Shown here: positions 27,301-34,316 of the stretch, piece after piece
How positions within the stretch are numbered: the stretch's first letter is position 1
How the letters are laid out: every line of letters starts with the position of its first letter
From: a virus
Taxonomy: Duplodnaviria > Caudoviricetes
Virus record (IMG/VR): IMGVR_UViG_3300027571_000014
Location: 1-47,664 of that record
Length of the DNA: 47,664 nucleotides
Strand: one strand, 5' to 3'
The notes under the pieces: generated by a model
Database searches by the model: none
What the model was told of the DNA's origin: nothing
The model's input: only the letters and a program-made list of their open reading frames with translations
Program-made: the position numbers and the translations under genes

Positions 27301-29371
27301 TACTCCAGTAGCGGTAAAAGTTAAAGACGGTAAATTAGTTACATCTAGTAAATTATTAAATGATTATCCTAGAAAAAATTGGACTGATAATATAGGTACA
27401 TCAATTACTGAAATCATTATTTTAGACCCTGGAACAGAATATATATTACCTCCAAAAGTTGAAATTATTGGCAACGGTACTGGCGCAACAGCACAGGCAT
27501 ATGTAGGGTATGGTAAAATTACAAATATAGTTATTACTAATAAAGGTAAAAATTATACATTACCTCCTACTGTTGTAATTACAAATCCTCCTAATTCAGA
27601 AGGAACCGTAGCTAAGGCAATAGCAATAATAGGCGACAGTTTAGCAAGAACAGTTTTAACGTCTGTAAAGTTTGACAGAACAAGTGTAGATAGTCTTATT
27701 AATACTAATACATTAGATATGGTAGAAACATTTGTAGGATCGGGTAATAGGACTAAATTTGAATTAAAATATCCAATCAACTTAGACAGGAGCACAGTTG
27801 TAGTAACTGTAAATGAAAACGATGTTCTAAGTAGTCAGTATACTATTTCAAATAAAAAAGATACATCAAAAAGTTACACACGATATAATGGTGAAATAGT
27901 GTTTGATACAGCACCTGTAGTAGACGGTAATCTTGTAATAACTTATAAGAAAAATTTATCAATGCTGAATGCAGTAGATAGAATTAAATTTGCTTACACT
28001 AGTGGTGATAATAATTTTGGTAACGACTTAGCACAACTAATGGACGGTATTGACTACGGCGGAGTTGAAGTTAAGAGTTTTAACTTTGACACTAATATTG
28101 GCTGGGATACACAAGGCTGGTTCACTGATGTTTGGGACGAGTTTAATAGCGTATACGAAGACGAAGTTCATATGTTAGACGATTCGTCTGCAATTATACT
28201 TGATAAGCCTCTAGAAGATAATGTAATTTATAATGCATATAGAGTAAGTTATAATGTTGCAGGTAATATAGTTTCAAATCAACGATTAGATGATCCTGAT
28301 TACGGAACAAGTGCAGTACAGAACTTAGACGCAGTGTGTGCTAGTATTGTTGGCGACGGTAGCACACAGGTTGTTTACTTATCTGACCTTAACATTACTT
28401 CAACAAAGAAGGCAAATGAAGATAGGGTTAATATTGTTATACGAAAAACTACAAGTGACGGAAGTATTCAAACAGATGCTAGAACATATGATTTAGATTT
28501 AGATGGTGGATCATTAAACTATACAAATGCAAAGGGTATAACAGCAGAAGAAATAGTAGTCGACGGCGATAGCTTTGTAACACCAGAAACTAGTAAAAGT
28601 GTCGAAGAGCTTGTTCCAGGACAGGTGCAAGATACACTCGATATTCAAGTTACTACTATTGGTGCAGATTCAACATTAGTTCAATATAGAATTTTTAAAG
28701 ACATTCTTAATAAAACATCTTACAGTAGAATTGACACATCACCAACTAAAACAACAAAAGCAATTACACAGTATAGTTTATCAATCGAAGTAGACGATGC
28801 AAGTAATTTACTTGAGCCTGATAGAACAAAGAATATTCCAGGGGTATTGTTTATTAATAAAGAACGTATTGAATATTATATAAAAGAAGGTAATACATTA
28901 AAGCAAATTAGAAGAGGTACGTTGGGAACAGGAGTATCAACTATTATTCCAGTAGGAACAGATGTTATTGTTTCTGATTTGAGAAAGTTGGTGCCTTATG
29001 TTGATACTACACAAAGTCAAACAGCTACTAATGTAGATACAGTTGATTTAAACTTTTTACCATTAACAAGTGATGAGTTTGAAGTATTTGTCAATGGTAT
29101 ACGTTTAAATTCAAAATCTATAGATAAATTTGATCCAACTTTAGGATTAGATTCACCGGAAGCTGATGTTATTGTTCCTGCAGATTTTGAAATTGAATAT
29201 TTTAATAACGATACGCAGGCAAAAATTAATATTATTAACCCGTCAATTATGGCGTTTGAAAATAAAAACATTGTAATTGTAAGAAAAAAAGGAAACATTT
29301 GGCATCGCCTAGGCGAGTCAATAACAGAAACAGAAACTGGTATAGGATTTTTCCTAAGAGCAGGAAACTAA
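15344..29371 (+). CDS. Giant (4675 aa) virion structural protein, probable gp7-like wedge fused to adhesin-type domains
   Basis: Follows gp6 with a TAATG overlap; N-terminal FLPRFFR...KFL...NFREYYWLP; internal FYQGMIQDKGTRNSI; FG-GAP-like propeller blades, four CBM5/12-like motifs, (D/N)PGxxY repeats. Confidence 0.7.
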   Translation: MATEQSEFGLPTPDDDSRKSARFLPRFFRSEANLKFLQATIDQLIQPGVAEKLSGYYGRKTAKGFKATDTYIPEYSANRQNYQLEPTVLIKDSMSNTTFYKDYNDYINQLNFFNVNTSNHSDINSQRSYSWNPNIDWDKFVNFREYYWLPDGPTSVFVQGQDEVVQSTYTITTEDQGDNVAYVFNNKFERNPNLRLFRGQRYRFEINTPGFPLAIAITKSYTPGNSVIIATSEGLRSDGQFDAEVFGEVYDAGDYIILPEEGGVTIDDPQNSSTLYPNGIKKIGKAGDEVANAYIEKGVIEFTIPYNAPDRLFYVSQNNIDTSGEFRIYDIEENTFLDVEQDIIGAKYYKSANGVEFTNGLKVSFRGNTSPKKYADSSYYVEGVGTAIELIPIDDLLLPLSYSNNEVVEFDTEQFDKKPFATSTGFPQNSDYITINRSSNDRNSWTRSNRWFHKSVLEATNTYNSVQDSIDETQKASRPIIEFESNLKLHNYGTEFKQNVDLIDTFTTDIFSVIEGSLGYNVDGVELVQGMRVLFTADTDIRVKGKIYEVNFVRIVNDNIISLIEPSDTLPLENENVLVKDGTKNKGRFYYFTGAEWKQSQEKTKINQPPLFDICGNDGLQYSDLTVYDSTTFKGTKLFSYKQGSGVSDTVLGFPLSYRNINNSGDIVFDFNLENDTFTYEDGDVVKTKSINTGFLKKYTTRTDYRYVNGWSSIPTITKQKVIREYTSNISQQNDFQIDVYNNASSLNDVEVSVFVNTNLRTDYQLNRINSKLIVRFDNDLAIDDFLVIKTHSQSSKNNNGYYEFPINLERNPSNLDISSFTLGEVSDHLNSMIEDIPNYAGEFPGNSNLRDLGDIDQFGKRFIKHTGPLNLPIYSITNKDYNIVRAIEHANAEYNKFKRNFFNISSTLGFDGEIKPHVDAVLDNLNKDKLNTQSFYFSDMLGYKGSKKIDYTVFDTSNPYYSLTEVFSMDTLSSKAVNVYHNGRQLIHNKDYIFVEENFVKIELKLDVDDKLEIYEYNQTDGSFIPPTPSKLGLYPAYHPELVIDEEWLSSQGTAPKTFSAYKVYGESEDSLHRGWFAPLYVDRGYAKAADPDGAVKTVKIKGSSTIFYAPASLLQSGVMVDIEIDEYPLGKAMIVGHDGSRIQAFKDYRDSLFLDLEARIFNNIKIDYNTTLINIDEYLSGKFRTSGIDSETINRVLLKDFIVWNKVNGIDYSANPFYNENNQFTFNYSQSTSRVDGRLLPGFWRGAYIEVFDTDRPHTHPWEMIGFTVKPKWWDEQYGASPYTSNNSILWTDIEQGVVREPGKQIKILDRYARPGLKDFLPVDSQGKLKSPVDANYAKNIQLSTTSEEFKFGDHAPVENAWRKSSEYPFSIIKAVLLNRPAEFIGNGYDTSRIKKNLANQYVYDATDKPITLPDLQFPSTQNDTTTILTSGLVNFIHNLIGSNVLKVYTDYKYNVVNLQNKLGFKLAGYTDKSKIKIILDSKSPSQKENSNIFVPEENVEVLLNTSSPVDSVVYTGLIIEKVKNGFTIKGYDDETTYFSVYNPVSTNSDVVISEAGVSGSLKKQFSQQVSEIPYGTLFKNVQGVLDHIIGYGKYLETKGFTFDYFDTDTNEVINWTNSAKQFLYWVAQGWSDGTTLRLSPAAYELNFKQDYAIVDDIYDNFYKYSLQNENAQPLQRNFSSILRDKNSFSLKIKNSTNGIYNLKLPLVQKEHVILIDNETIFNDIIYQPSTGYRQERLKVIGYRSDNWDGSLNIPGFIYDDAKVTEWEPWQDYEIGNLVKHKEFYYVALYQVSGAVDFNYNYWLRLNDKPESQMMTNFDYRINQFTDFYDTESDSFDSSQQRLAQHITGYQKRDYLANIINDDISQYKFYQGMIQDKGTRNSIDNLFNSLKGNDETIQFYEEWAVQNGRYGSDTSSQIEIVLKQDEMRESPQSIEILDYIPNDLFDTVYRVRTHELLDRPIDKTFNVFPTKILEEFSESRGYVHEDDVEYKTESINDLKTVDNNLLLPGQYIWITNQVPNDWNVYQIIDSQFVVRELLQDSEKDDFDQTTAVLTVRQNSLYSIVQGDYVAITDAQLYNIFGYFEVKEIDYEKITIIIPDSNDFIDFLDEEFSLSVLRSVRVQDFNAFNDIAQNSIFDNQKAWIDDYGNNTWAVLDNQAVYKSVTSSINPQDPALASDLSAIDQNFAKEITVSKDNKELFIASPEADNGKVFYYRRNQDNEDLGLAQTLTNSYDFYEGDSTQYGESISISDDGLYLAVGVPYASNVKTFFKGLYAEDRDYQKWDIVKYKESLWRANANIYAKRGQVTYSTFDSYLQILNRTDDDSTIINLLSTGNPTLSNVTTDHIIVRAPTDQYLGSKPGDKLKLQWNSNSDIYENTYLPWNGEIAELDKAFIESLHTISAKIDNIIKVDNYFKTPQIGDRVRMFTTNLGSSTGEITYIGSNDGNLNLYLTNVKGTVNPTGEIYVESTSTGVLDQIGNFNEVNYGFDESFNGYWKIDTVSYNNGENTFDQGQGLVYKDLFNSDTYTPSIEGRNEYFNITDTLASVGVVAGDRSLASIIEHLSNSEKESDLWLTRVSTDFTQSVESKFVAVGDENNPSYNFYLYNKNNNVHEAGFKFADINKEQQVYDIWDGYLDFEYEAVEGSIFTIEVGDILKDAQRLRDPLGKLANDFITTANTAEVLYVKTFGDLNLQRVRAYIKITAGDWSLEENVEEYKIRRFRPTDPNDPVAGREVGVVKDLENFTNAVVVPSATNVGKFLVFKQDAMFDQTSLGVIKGKEYLFFTETFGVIGAESLANIPSSLNSDWEQVYNITTPEGAAVKASANLSNGVINQGLVIIYYKSAPDNFERVAQIVSEQNFEVPNSHFGKKVKIISSGTGYKLYVASSGSGDSNNPGCIEYFENRSLDGSVFRGNWNRNNSYTIGETVLFAGKYYIAKESLTATTQNDGTILNTNSFGPISWRRVIDTDYKGIWSVSEEYKIDSIVLHEGKQYRAKTNISPSSEINESNNPVTSIAWELLQTTVEYQNFIPNLSSNIIDSDVTFDTSNMVSFIEDFVMSDAGEVLITKVKKENPDSSIRVEILVYRLELDGRYILSQTIPEPTNPREWGYSFDISPTGDKLAISEPHNSEVGNNFGRVHVYSTVNGQFELSQVLDPPRNTVSLNFGYSVSYGTEVLSITSFAGRILTTTIFDGDETLFDLDQTEFQKVNYDPGVVYIYENVRDKLIFSESIAYDNVTDTFREKVILNENHIYVAVPAKENNLYTGALYDYRKNKADKGWKLLRERINPVDLDKIKGVFLYNRRSNSVVSYLDYIDPIQGKIAGPAEKNIKFKVPFDPAMYNIGASANTFYWEEEQVGLVWWNTSTATFTYPYQGDINYQKDNWNELQPNASIDVCEWVGSELLPSVWDSITDTADGLAQGISGTTLYGDDQYSKKFVYDSESQTFTEKYFYWVKNSKILPSIKSRTLTTLDIARLIATPRQQGYRYVSLLSDNRLVLNNCSSLIYNDDIVLAIRFDNNSKVQNQHLAYKLITDGLDTSLPSSNIELKWFDSLIGFDVNNRPVPDILLTEKQKYGVQSSPRQGMFKNRNEALKQFIERVNYVLDRNLITENFDTSALNSLDPMPSIQSSVFDLMVDNETQLSVIGTKVKQAKLKAIITNGKLIRVEILDPGKGYKTPPTLTIIGQGQDALLRSTINNLGQVTAVEVLSAGSNYAENTQVKVRLFSVLVEADTAIQGKWAIYSYDDIELKWNRVKIQGYNVTRYWKYVDWYKEGYSVLTTPDRIVNNSYELADLNDQLGSIVKIENHGTGGWTLLKKVKTEVFEPYANNYQIIARENGTINFKNNLYTSVTSESGFDNKSFDSSLYDIDPRKEMRIILEAIRDNILIKSLKLEYNQLFIASLRYILTEQNPDWFFKTSFVKVKHLAGTLTKDTTFNVDNLDNFKKYIEEVKPYKTNIREFVSNYKNTEQLPLSTTDFDLPPYFDSLTNKITPVAVKVKDGKLVTSSKLLNDYPRKNWTDNIGTSITEIIILDPGTEYILPPKVEIIGNGTGATAQAYVGYGKITNIVITNKGKNYTLPPTVVITNPPNSEGTVAKAIAIIGDSLARTVLTSVKFDRTSVDSLINTNTLDMVETFVGSGNRTKFELKYPINLDRSTVVVTVNENDVLSSQYTISNKKDTSKSYTRYNGEIVFDTAPVVDGNLVITYKKNLSMLNAVDRIKFAYTSGDNNFGNDLAQLMDGIDYGGVEVKSFNFDTNIGWDTQGWFTDVWDEFNSVYEDEVHMLDDSSAIILDKPLEDNVIYNAYRVSYNVAGNIVSNQRLDDPDYGTSAVQNLDAVCASIVGDGSTQVVYLSDLNITSTKKANEDRVNIVIRKTTSDGSIQTDARTYDLDLDGGSLNYTNAKGITAEEIVVDGDSFVTPETSKSVEELVPGQVQDTLDIQVTTIGADSTLVQYRIFKDILNKTSYSRIDTSPTKTTKAITQYSLSIEVDDASNLLEPDRTKNIPGVLFINKERIEYYIKEGNTLKQIRRGTLGTGVSTIIPVGTDVIVSDLRKLVPYVDTTQSQTATNVDTVDLNFLPLTSDEFEVFVNGIRLNSKSIDKFDPTLGLDSPEADVIVPADFEIEYFNNDTQAKINIINPSIMAFENKNIVIVRKKGNIWHRLGESITETETGIGFFLRAGN

Positions 29372-29377
29372 TAAATA
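29371..29377 (+). promoter_or_regulatory. Putative late promoter ATAAATA
   Basis: Overlaps the last base of the giant ORF's stop codon; followed by an AGGA RBS and the ATG at 29398. Confidence 0.72.
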
Positions 29378-29397
29378 CAGTATAGGAAACAAGAATA

Positions 29398-30012
29398 ATG
29401 AATAGTATAAGCGATTTAAACGGAGTTTCAATTCAAGGTCATATTAAGATATATGACCCAACGAATGGTGAAATTTTGGTACAAAAAAGAAATGCTATAC
29501 ACTACGAAAATATGAGTGTAGCATTAGCAGAAAGTATTGCAAATATGAGTCAAGGTTTCATATACGAAATGAACTTTGGCAATGGTGGGACATCAGTTGA
29601 TCCTACAGGCATCATATCATACTTGACGCCAAACAGCACGGGCGCAACAGCAAGCCTTTATAACAAAACTTATAGTAAAGTTGTAATTGATGACGGGTCA
29701 CTTAATAGAAATCCAAATAATAACTATGTCGAAACAAGACATGTAAGCGGAACAAACTATACAGATGTACTTATTAGTTGTTTACTTGACTATGGTGAAC
29801 CAAATGAGCAAGATGCGTTTGACAATGCAACAGATATGAACGGCGATTATGTATTTGACGAATTGGGATTGAGAAGTAAATCAAGCGATCCAGATGCAGA
29901 TGGACGCTTAATTACACATGTAATTTTTCATCCTATTCAAAAGTCACTTAACAGATTAATCCAAATTGATTATACGGTAAGAATACAGAGTCTTTCAGGA
30001 GGTAATAGTTAA
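29398..30012 (+). CDS. Virion structural protein, probable baseplate/fibre attachment protein
   Basis: FGNGG...FDELGL...LITHVIFHPIQKSLNRLIQIDYTVRI resembles fibre-attachment N-terminal folds; lies between wedge and fibre genes. Confidence 0.55.
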   Translation: MNSISDLNGVSIQGHIKIYDPTNGEILVQKRNAIHYENMSVALAESIANMSQGFIYEMNFGNGGTSVDPTGIISYLTPNSTGATASLYNKTYSKVVIDDGSLNRNPNNNYVETRHVSGTNYTDVLISCLLDYGEPNEQDAFDNATDMNGDYVFDELGLRSKSSDPDADGRLITHVIFHPIQKSLNRLIQIDYTVRIQSLSGGNS

Positions 30013-32375
30013 TGCCATATGAAGTTCGATATAGCGATGAAGCTAATAAGGGTGTAATTATTGTTGAAGATAGTTTGATTAACAATGATACAAGTTTACA
30101 AATTCCAGGCAAGAATTCTACCGGATACGGTAAAGCTGTTGCAGAAAACTTTTTAAATTTATTAGAAAACTTTGCATCACCAAATGAGCCGTCGGCACCG
30201 GTCGAAGGTCAGCTTTGGTATGACACTAGTGGTATTGAAAGTCAACTTAAAGTTTATGATAGTACACAGTGGAAAACAGCAAGCGGATTTACAAAATCTT
30301 CTATTAAGCCTTCTGCATCACAATCTACGCCAGGTGACTTGTGGGTTGATATTAATAACCAACAATTATTTGTTTATACCGGAAGCGGATGGATACTAAT
30401 TGGACCAGAGACATCCTTAGGTCTATTAACAGGCGGCAAGACTGAAGAAATTATTACTACTAGTGATGATATAGTAAAAGTTTTTACACTTTATTTAGAA
30501 AATGTCCCGTATGCAATTTTAAGCGGAACAAACTTTACGCCAAAGGCTAAAATTGATGGCTTCTCACAAATACAAAAAGGCCTCACAATTAGAGACGAAA
30601 CACCATTTGAAGAGAATAATCCAATTAAATTTGTCGGCGTTGCAGAAAAGTCAAGAGCATTAGTTGTTAGCACACCAACAGGTTCAGAAACAATCGCTGC
30701 TGAAAATTTTATTAGAACTGATACTGCTGGAACTATTAATAACGAACTTCGTGTTAAAACTAATGAAGGTTTAAAAGTTGGATCTGAAGACCAGCTTAGT
30801 ATACGTGTTAATGGATCTAATATTGAGATTAGAAATAACAAAGATGTTAGCTCGATTGATTTGATTCTTAGAGACAACCAAGCGTTTAATCCTGTACTAA
30901 GAGCTACAAGTGCTAGAAAAGTTGGAATAAACAATACAGCACCGGAATCAGAATTACACGTTATTGGCAATGTTAAAATTACACCAGGTGAAATTTCATC
31001 AGAAAATAAAGAAGGTACTCTTCAGGTATATTCAACTACTGAAAGTACAAATATTAACACAGGTGCTATTCAAACATTAGGCGGAGCCGGTATTGCGCAA
31101 AGTTTAAATGTAGGCGGCGACTTTTCAGTAGCAGGAGTTAGCACAATTGGAAACAATATGCTTCCATCAGTAACTGAGCAATACAACATTGGATCAGAAG
31201 ACACTAGATTTAATAATGTATACTCGTCTAACTTTATTGGATCAGTTACAGGTGATGTTACAGGTAGATTAAATGGAATTGCAGACAAGTCAAACAAGTT
31301 AGCTACATCGACTACATTTACATTATCAGGTGATGTAGAAGAATCAAGTTTTGATTTTGATGGGTCAACCGGCGGCAACACTAAAACATTTAATATTGCG
31401 ATTAAAAACAGTTTTATTGCCTCAAGAGATAAAACTACTAATGTTGCAGGCGCTGATGAAATACTTGTTAACGTAACAACAGGTGATACCGGTGTACGTC
31501 GAGTCACGAAACAAGACTTTATTAAAACTGTTCCCATTACACCAGTAGGCTCTATACTACCGTTTGGCGGCATTGAAGCACCAGACGGGTGGTTAATATG
31601 TGATGGTACAGTAGTACAAAAGTCATCTTACAACAATCTATGGCAAGTAATTAAGCATAATTTCTTAGATCCGTCATTATTAGCAGACGGAGGTGATTTA
31701 ACATTTGCTATCCCAGATATGCGCGGGCGCATGCCATTAGGTGTTGATAATATGGGCGGTACTCCGGCAAACAGAGTAACAGGTTCGATACAAAGTTTCA
31801 CTAATATTCAAGGTATTAACACTATTGGTACAGGATCAGATGCTGTATTTTCTGTACAAGCAAATAACGGAACTTATAGTGTACAAGTAACTAATCCGGG
31901 ACAAAATTATCAAATAGCTGATAAGATTGTTGTTTCAGGTGTTATATTTGGTGGCGCAACACCAACACACGATTTAATAATTACTGTTGATTCGGTACAA
32001 AATAACGGAATAAAAACTTTTAGTATTATCGGTAATGCATTTACTGGAATTGGCGCAGAAAAAATTGGCGCTGCGCTTGGTTCGCAATCTACATCAATAA
32101 CAACTAAAAACTTACCAGAGCATGGGCATAAATTAGCAGGACAAGAAAGTCAGTTTTATTCAATATCTCCACGTTCTGAAGATCCTAATAATCCAGGCAC
32201 TTTACTTACGGACACTGACGCAGAACCGCTTGCAATTGAAGCAGGTGTTTCGTCATATCAAGGTAAACCAATTACAGGCGGCGTAAACACCGGAGACGGA
32301 CTTAGTGTTCCTCTCAGCGTTATGAACCCGTACTTGTCTCTTAATTATATTATATATCACGGGAACGATTCATGA
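30012..32375 (+). CDS. Tail fibre protein with phage tail-collar domain (fibre paralog 1)
   Basis: Shared N-terminus GKNSTGYG...ENFLNLLENFA...GQLWYD; collar motif PVGSILPFGG...APDGWLICDG...FAIPDMRGRMPLG; C-terminal NLPEHGH...MNPYLSLNYII. Confidence 0.85.
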   Translation: MPYEVRYSDEANKGVIIVEDSLINNDTSLQIPGKNSTGYGKAVAENFLNLLENFASPNEPSAPVEGQLWYDTSGIESQLKVYDSTQWKTASGFTKSSIKPSASQSTPGDLWVDINNQQLFVYTGSGWILIGPETSLGLLTGGKTEEIITTSDDIVKVFTLYLENVPYAILSGTNFTPKAKIDGFSQIQKGLTIRDETPFEENNPIKFVGVAEKSRALVVSTPTGSETIAAENFIRTDTAGTINNELRVKTNEGLKVGSEDQLSIRVNGSNIEIRNNKDVSSIDLILRDNQAFNPVLRATSARKVGINNTAPESELHVIGNVKITPGEISSENKEGTLQVYSTTESTNINTGAIQTLGGAGIAQSLNVGGDFSVAGVSTIGNNMLPSVTEQYNIGSEDTRFNNVYSSNFIGSVTGDVTGRLNGIADKSNKLATSTTFTLSGDVEESSFDFDGSTGGNTKTFNIAIKNSFIASRDKTTNVAGADEILVNVTTGDTGVRRVTKQDFIKTVPITPVGSILPFGGIEAPDGWLICDGTVVQKSSYNNLWQVIKHNFLDPSLLADGGDLTFAIPDMRGRMPLGVDNMGGTPANRVTGSIQSFTNIQGINTIGTGSDAVFSVQANNGTYSVQVTNPGQNYQIADKIVVSGVIFGGATPTHDLIITVDSVQNNGIKTFSIIGNAFTGIGAEKIGAALGSQSTSITTKNLPEHGHKLAGQESQFYSISPRSEDPNNPGTLLTDTDAEPLAIEAGVSSYQGKPITGGVNTGDGLSVPLSVMNPYLSLNYIIYHGNDS

Positions 32376-34279
32376 GTTATCAACTTAACAAAACAGATGG
32401 CACAATATTAGTAGATCTAATAGACGGCAAAATTGATAGTAACAGTACCAACTTAACGTTAGTCGGTAGAGGTTATAGAGGTTATGGAGAAGTTTTTAAC
32501 GAAAACTTTATTAAACTACTAGAAAATTTTGCTAACACTGCTGCACCAAGTAACCCGTTAAGTGGACAACTATGGTGGGATACATCAAGTGAAAAATTAA
32601 AACTATATACAGGTACACAATGGAAATCAACAGGAGAGCCGTTTGTACAAGGTACTAGACCTGCTGAGCTTACTGAAGGAGACTTTTGGTTTAACAGTAG
32701 AGATGATCAACTATACTTTTTCGACGGTACTGGCGATCCATTACTTATTGGACCTAGCTATACAACTGCTCAGGGTAAAAGTGGAATATTTGTAGAAAAT
32801 ATTAGAAGTACAACAGGTGCTAATGTTGCAGTTATAAAATTGTTTATTGCTAACGCCGAAGTTGGATTATTTAGTAATGTAGAATTTATTCCAACTATCA
32901 CAGAACAAGTGCCACAGCTTGTAAATGATAGTAATCCTAATGGTATTATTTTCCAAGGTTTTAATGTTTTTGATAAAACTAACTTTAAATTTATTGGTGT
33001 TGCAGAATCTACTGCTAAATTAGAAACAAGTGACGGCGGATTTTTAACATCAGATCAGTTTTTAAGAAGTGATACAAATAGTCTTACATTAGGTAAACTT
33101 GAAATTAGAAATTCAAATGGTTTGCAATTTTCAACAGCATCAAACAATGTTGTAAATATGCGCCCACAAGGTAATGATTTCTTTATAGAAAATAGTTTAA
33201 ACGCAAGTGATTTAAGAATTCGAGTGCGTTCCGGCGCAGCACAAGGACAAATTGTCGATGCTATACGTATTGATGCTAGTGAAGGTAGAATGGGTATCTT
33301 TAATGTTGACAGATTACCTCAGTATACTTTTGATGTTGAAGGTGATTGTCGAATTACCGGTAACTTGACAGTTGAAGGTGAACAGTTAAGTGTTGAAGTT
33401 ACGTCATTACAAGTTTTGGATAAAAGTATTAAACTTGCAGTTACAGGTGACGGCGAAGCTGGACCTGATACAATTGCATATGGCGGCGGTATTGTTTTAA
33501 GATCAACTGAAGGTGATAAGACTATTGTATGGAAAAATACTCCATCTAAGCCTGAAGGAGCATGGTACTTTAACAAAGATATTAATATTGAAAGTGAAAC
33601 TGGTGCGTTAACAATCGCCGGTCAAACAAAAATTGCAGGCGAAAGTTTACAGAATATTACCTTTGCAGATGACCTTGTTAGAATCGGTACTCTAGTTAGT
33701 TTAAACGTTGACAATTTAAACTTTGACGGTAATACTATTACATCAACTACATCGTTAGCAATAAACAGTCAAAGTGATATTAATATTAGCGCCGGCGGCG
33801 ACATTAATTTAATACAAGGTCGCAAGATAAGAAATCTTGCACCACCGGAATTAAATCAAGATGCTGCAAATAAAATTTATGTTGATAGTTCGTTCCTAAC
33901 AGCTCCGTTGACACTTACATTTGATGTTACTGGGTTTGATAGTGACGCTGGAAACTTAAATTACTATACAACATTAGCAGGCTATATTCAAGATTTGTTT
34001 CCAGCTGAATCACGTAACATTGGTAAGATTGCAAGAATTCATACAGTTAGTTATTCGAGTATTCAAATTAATATTGATAGTGCTAAAAATGTTAACACAG
34101 TGGCAGTTGACGCTGGCGGGTCACTTAACCAGCCTGTTGTGCGAGATATTGCGTTTAGTAATATTGACTTTGCATCACCGAATAGGCAGCTTTTAGAGTA
34201 CGAAATTGAAGAATATTTTGATCCAGGCACAGGTGCAACAGCACCAACATGGGTCCATCAACAGACAACACAGTATTAA
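32372..34279 (+). CDS. Tail fibre / baseplate fibre protein (paralog 2)
   Basis: Same N-terminal module (LVGRGYRGYG...ENFIKLLENFA...GQLWWD); KIRNLAPP...DAANKIYVD fibre motif; ATGA overlap. Confidence 0.75.
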   Translation: MSYQLNKTDGTILVDLIDGKIDSNSTNLTLVGRGYRGYGEVFNENFIKLLENFANTAAPSNPLSGQLWWDTSSEKLKLYTGTQWKSTGEPFVQGTRPAELTEGDFWFNSRDDQLYFFDGTGDPLLIGPSYTTAQGKSGIFVENIRSTTGANVAVIKLFIANAEVGLFSNVEFIPTITEQVPQLVNDSNPNGIIFQGFNVFDKTNFKFIGVAESTAKLETSDGGFLTSDQFLRSDTNSLTLGKLEIRNSNGLQFSTASNNVVNMRPQGNDFFIENSLNASDLRIRVRSGAAQGQIVDAIRIDASEGRMGIFNVDRLPQYTFDVEGDCRITGNLTVEGEQLSVEVTSLQVLDKSIKLAVTGDGEAGPDTIAYGGGIVLRSTEGDKTIVWKNTPSKPEGAWYFNKDINIESETGALTIAGQTKIAGESLQNITFADDLVRIGTLVSLNVDNLNFDGNTITSTTSLAINSQSDINISAGGDINLIQGRKIRNLAPPELNQDAANKIYVDSSFLTAPLTLTFDVTGFDSDAGNLNYYTTLAGYIQDLFPAESRNIGKIARIHTVSYSSIQINIDSAKNVNTVAVDAGGSLNQPVVRDIAFSNIDFASPNRQLLEYEIEEYFDPGTGATAPTWVHQQTTQY

Positions 34280-34282
34280 TAG

Positions 34283-34289
34283 ATAAATA
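34283..34289 (+). promoter_or_regulatory. Putative late promoter ATAAATA
   Basis: agATAAATAca in the intergenic gap, followed by a GAGGA RBS and the ATG at 34317. Confidence 0.72.
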
Positions 34290-34316
34290 CATACAATAAA
34301 TTAGAGGAAAACTAGT

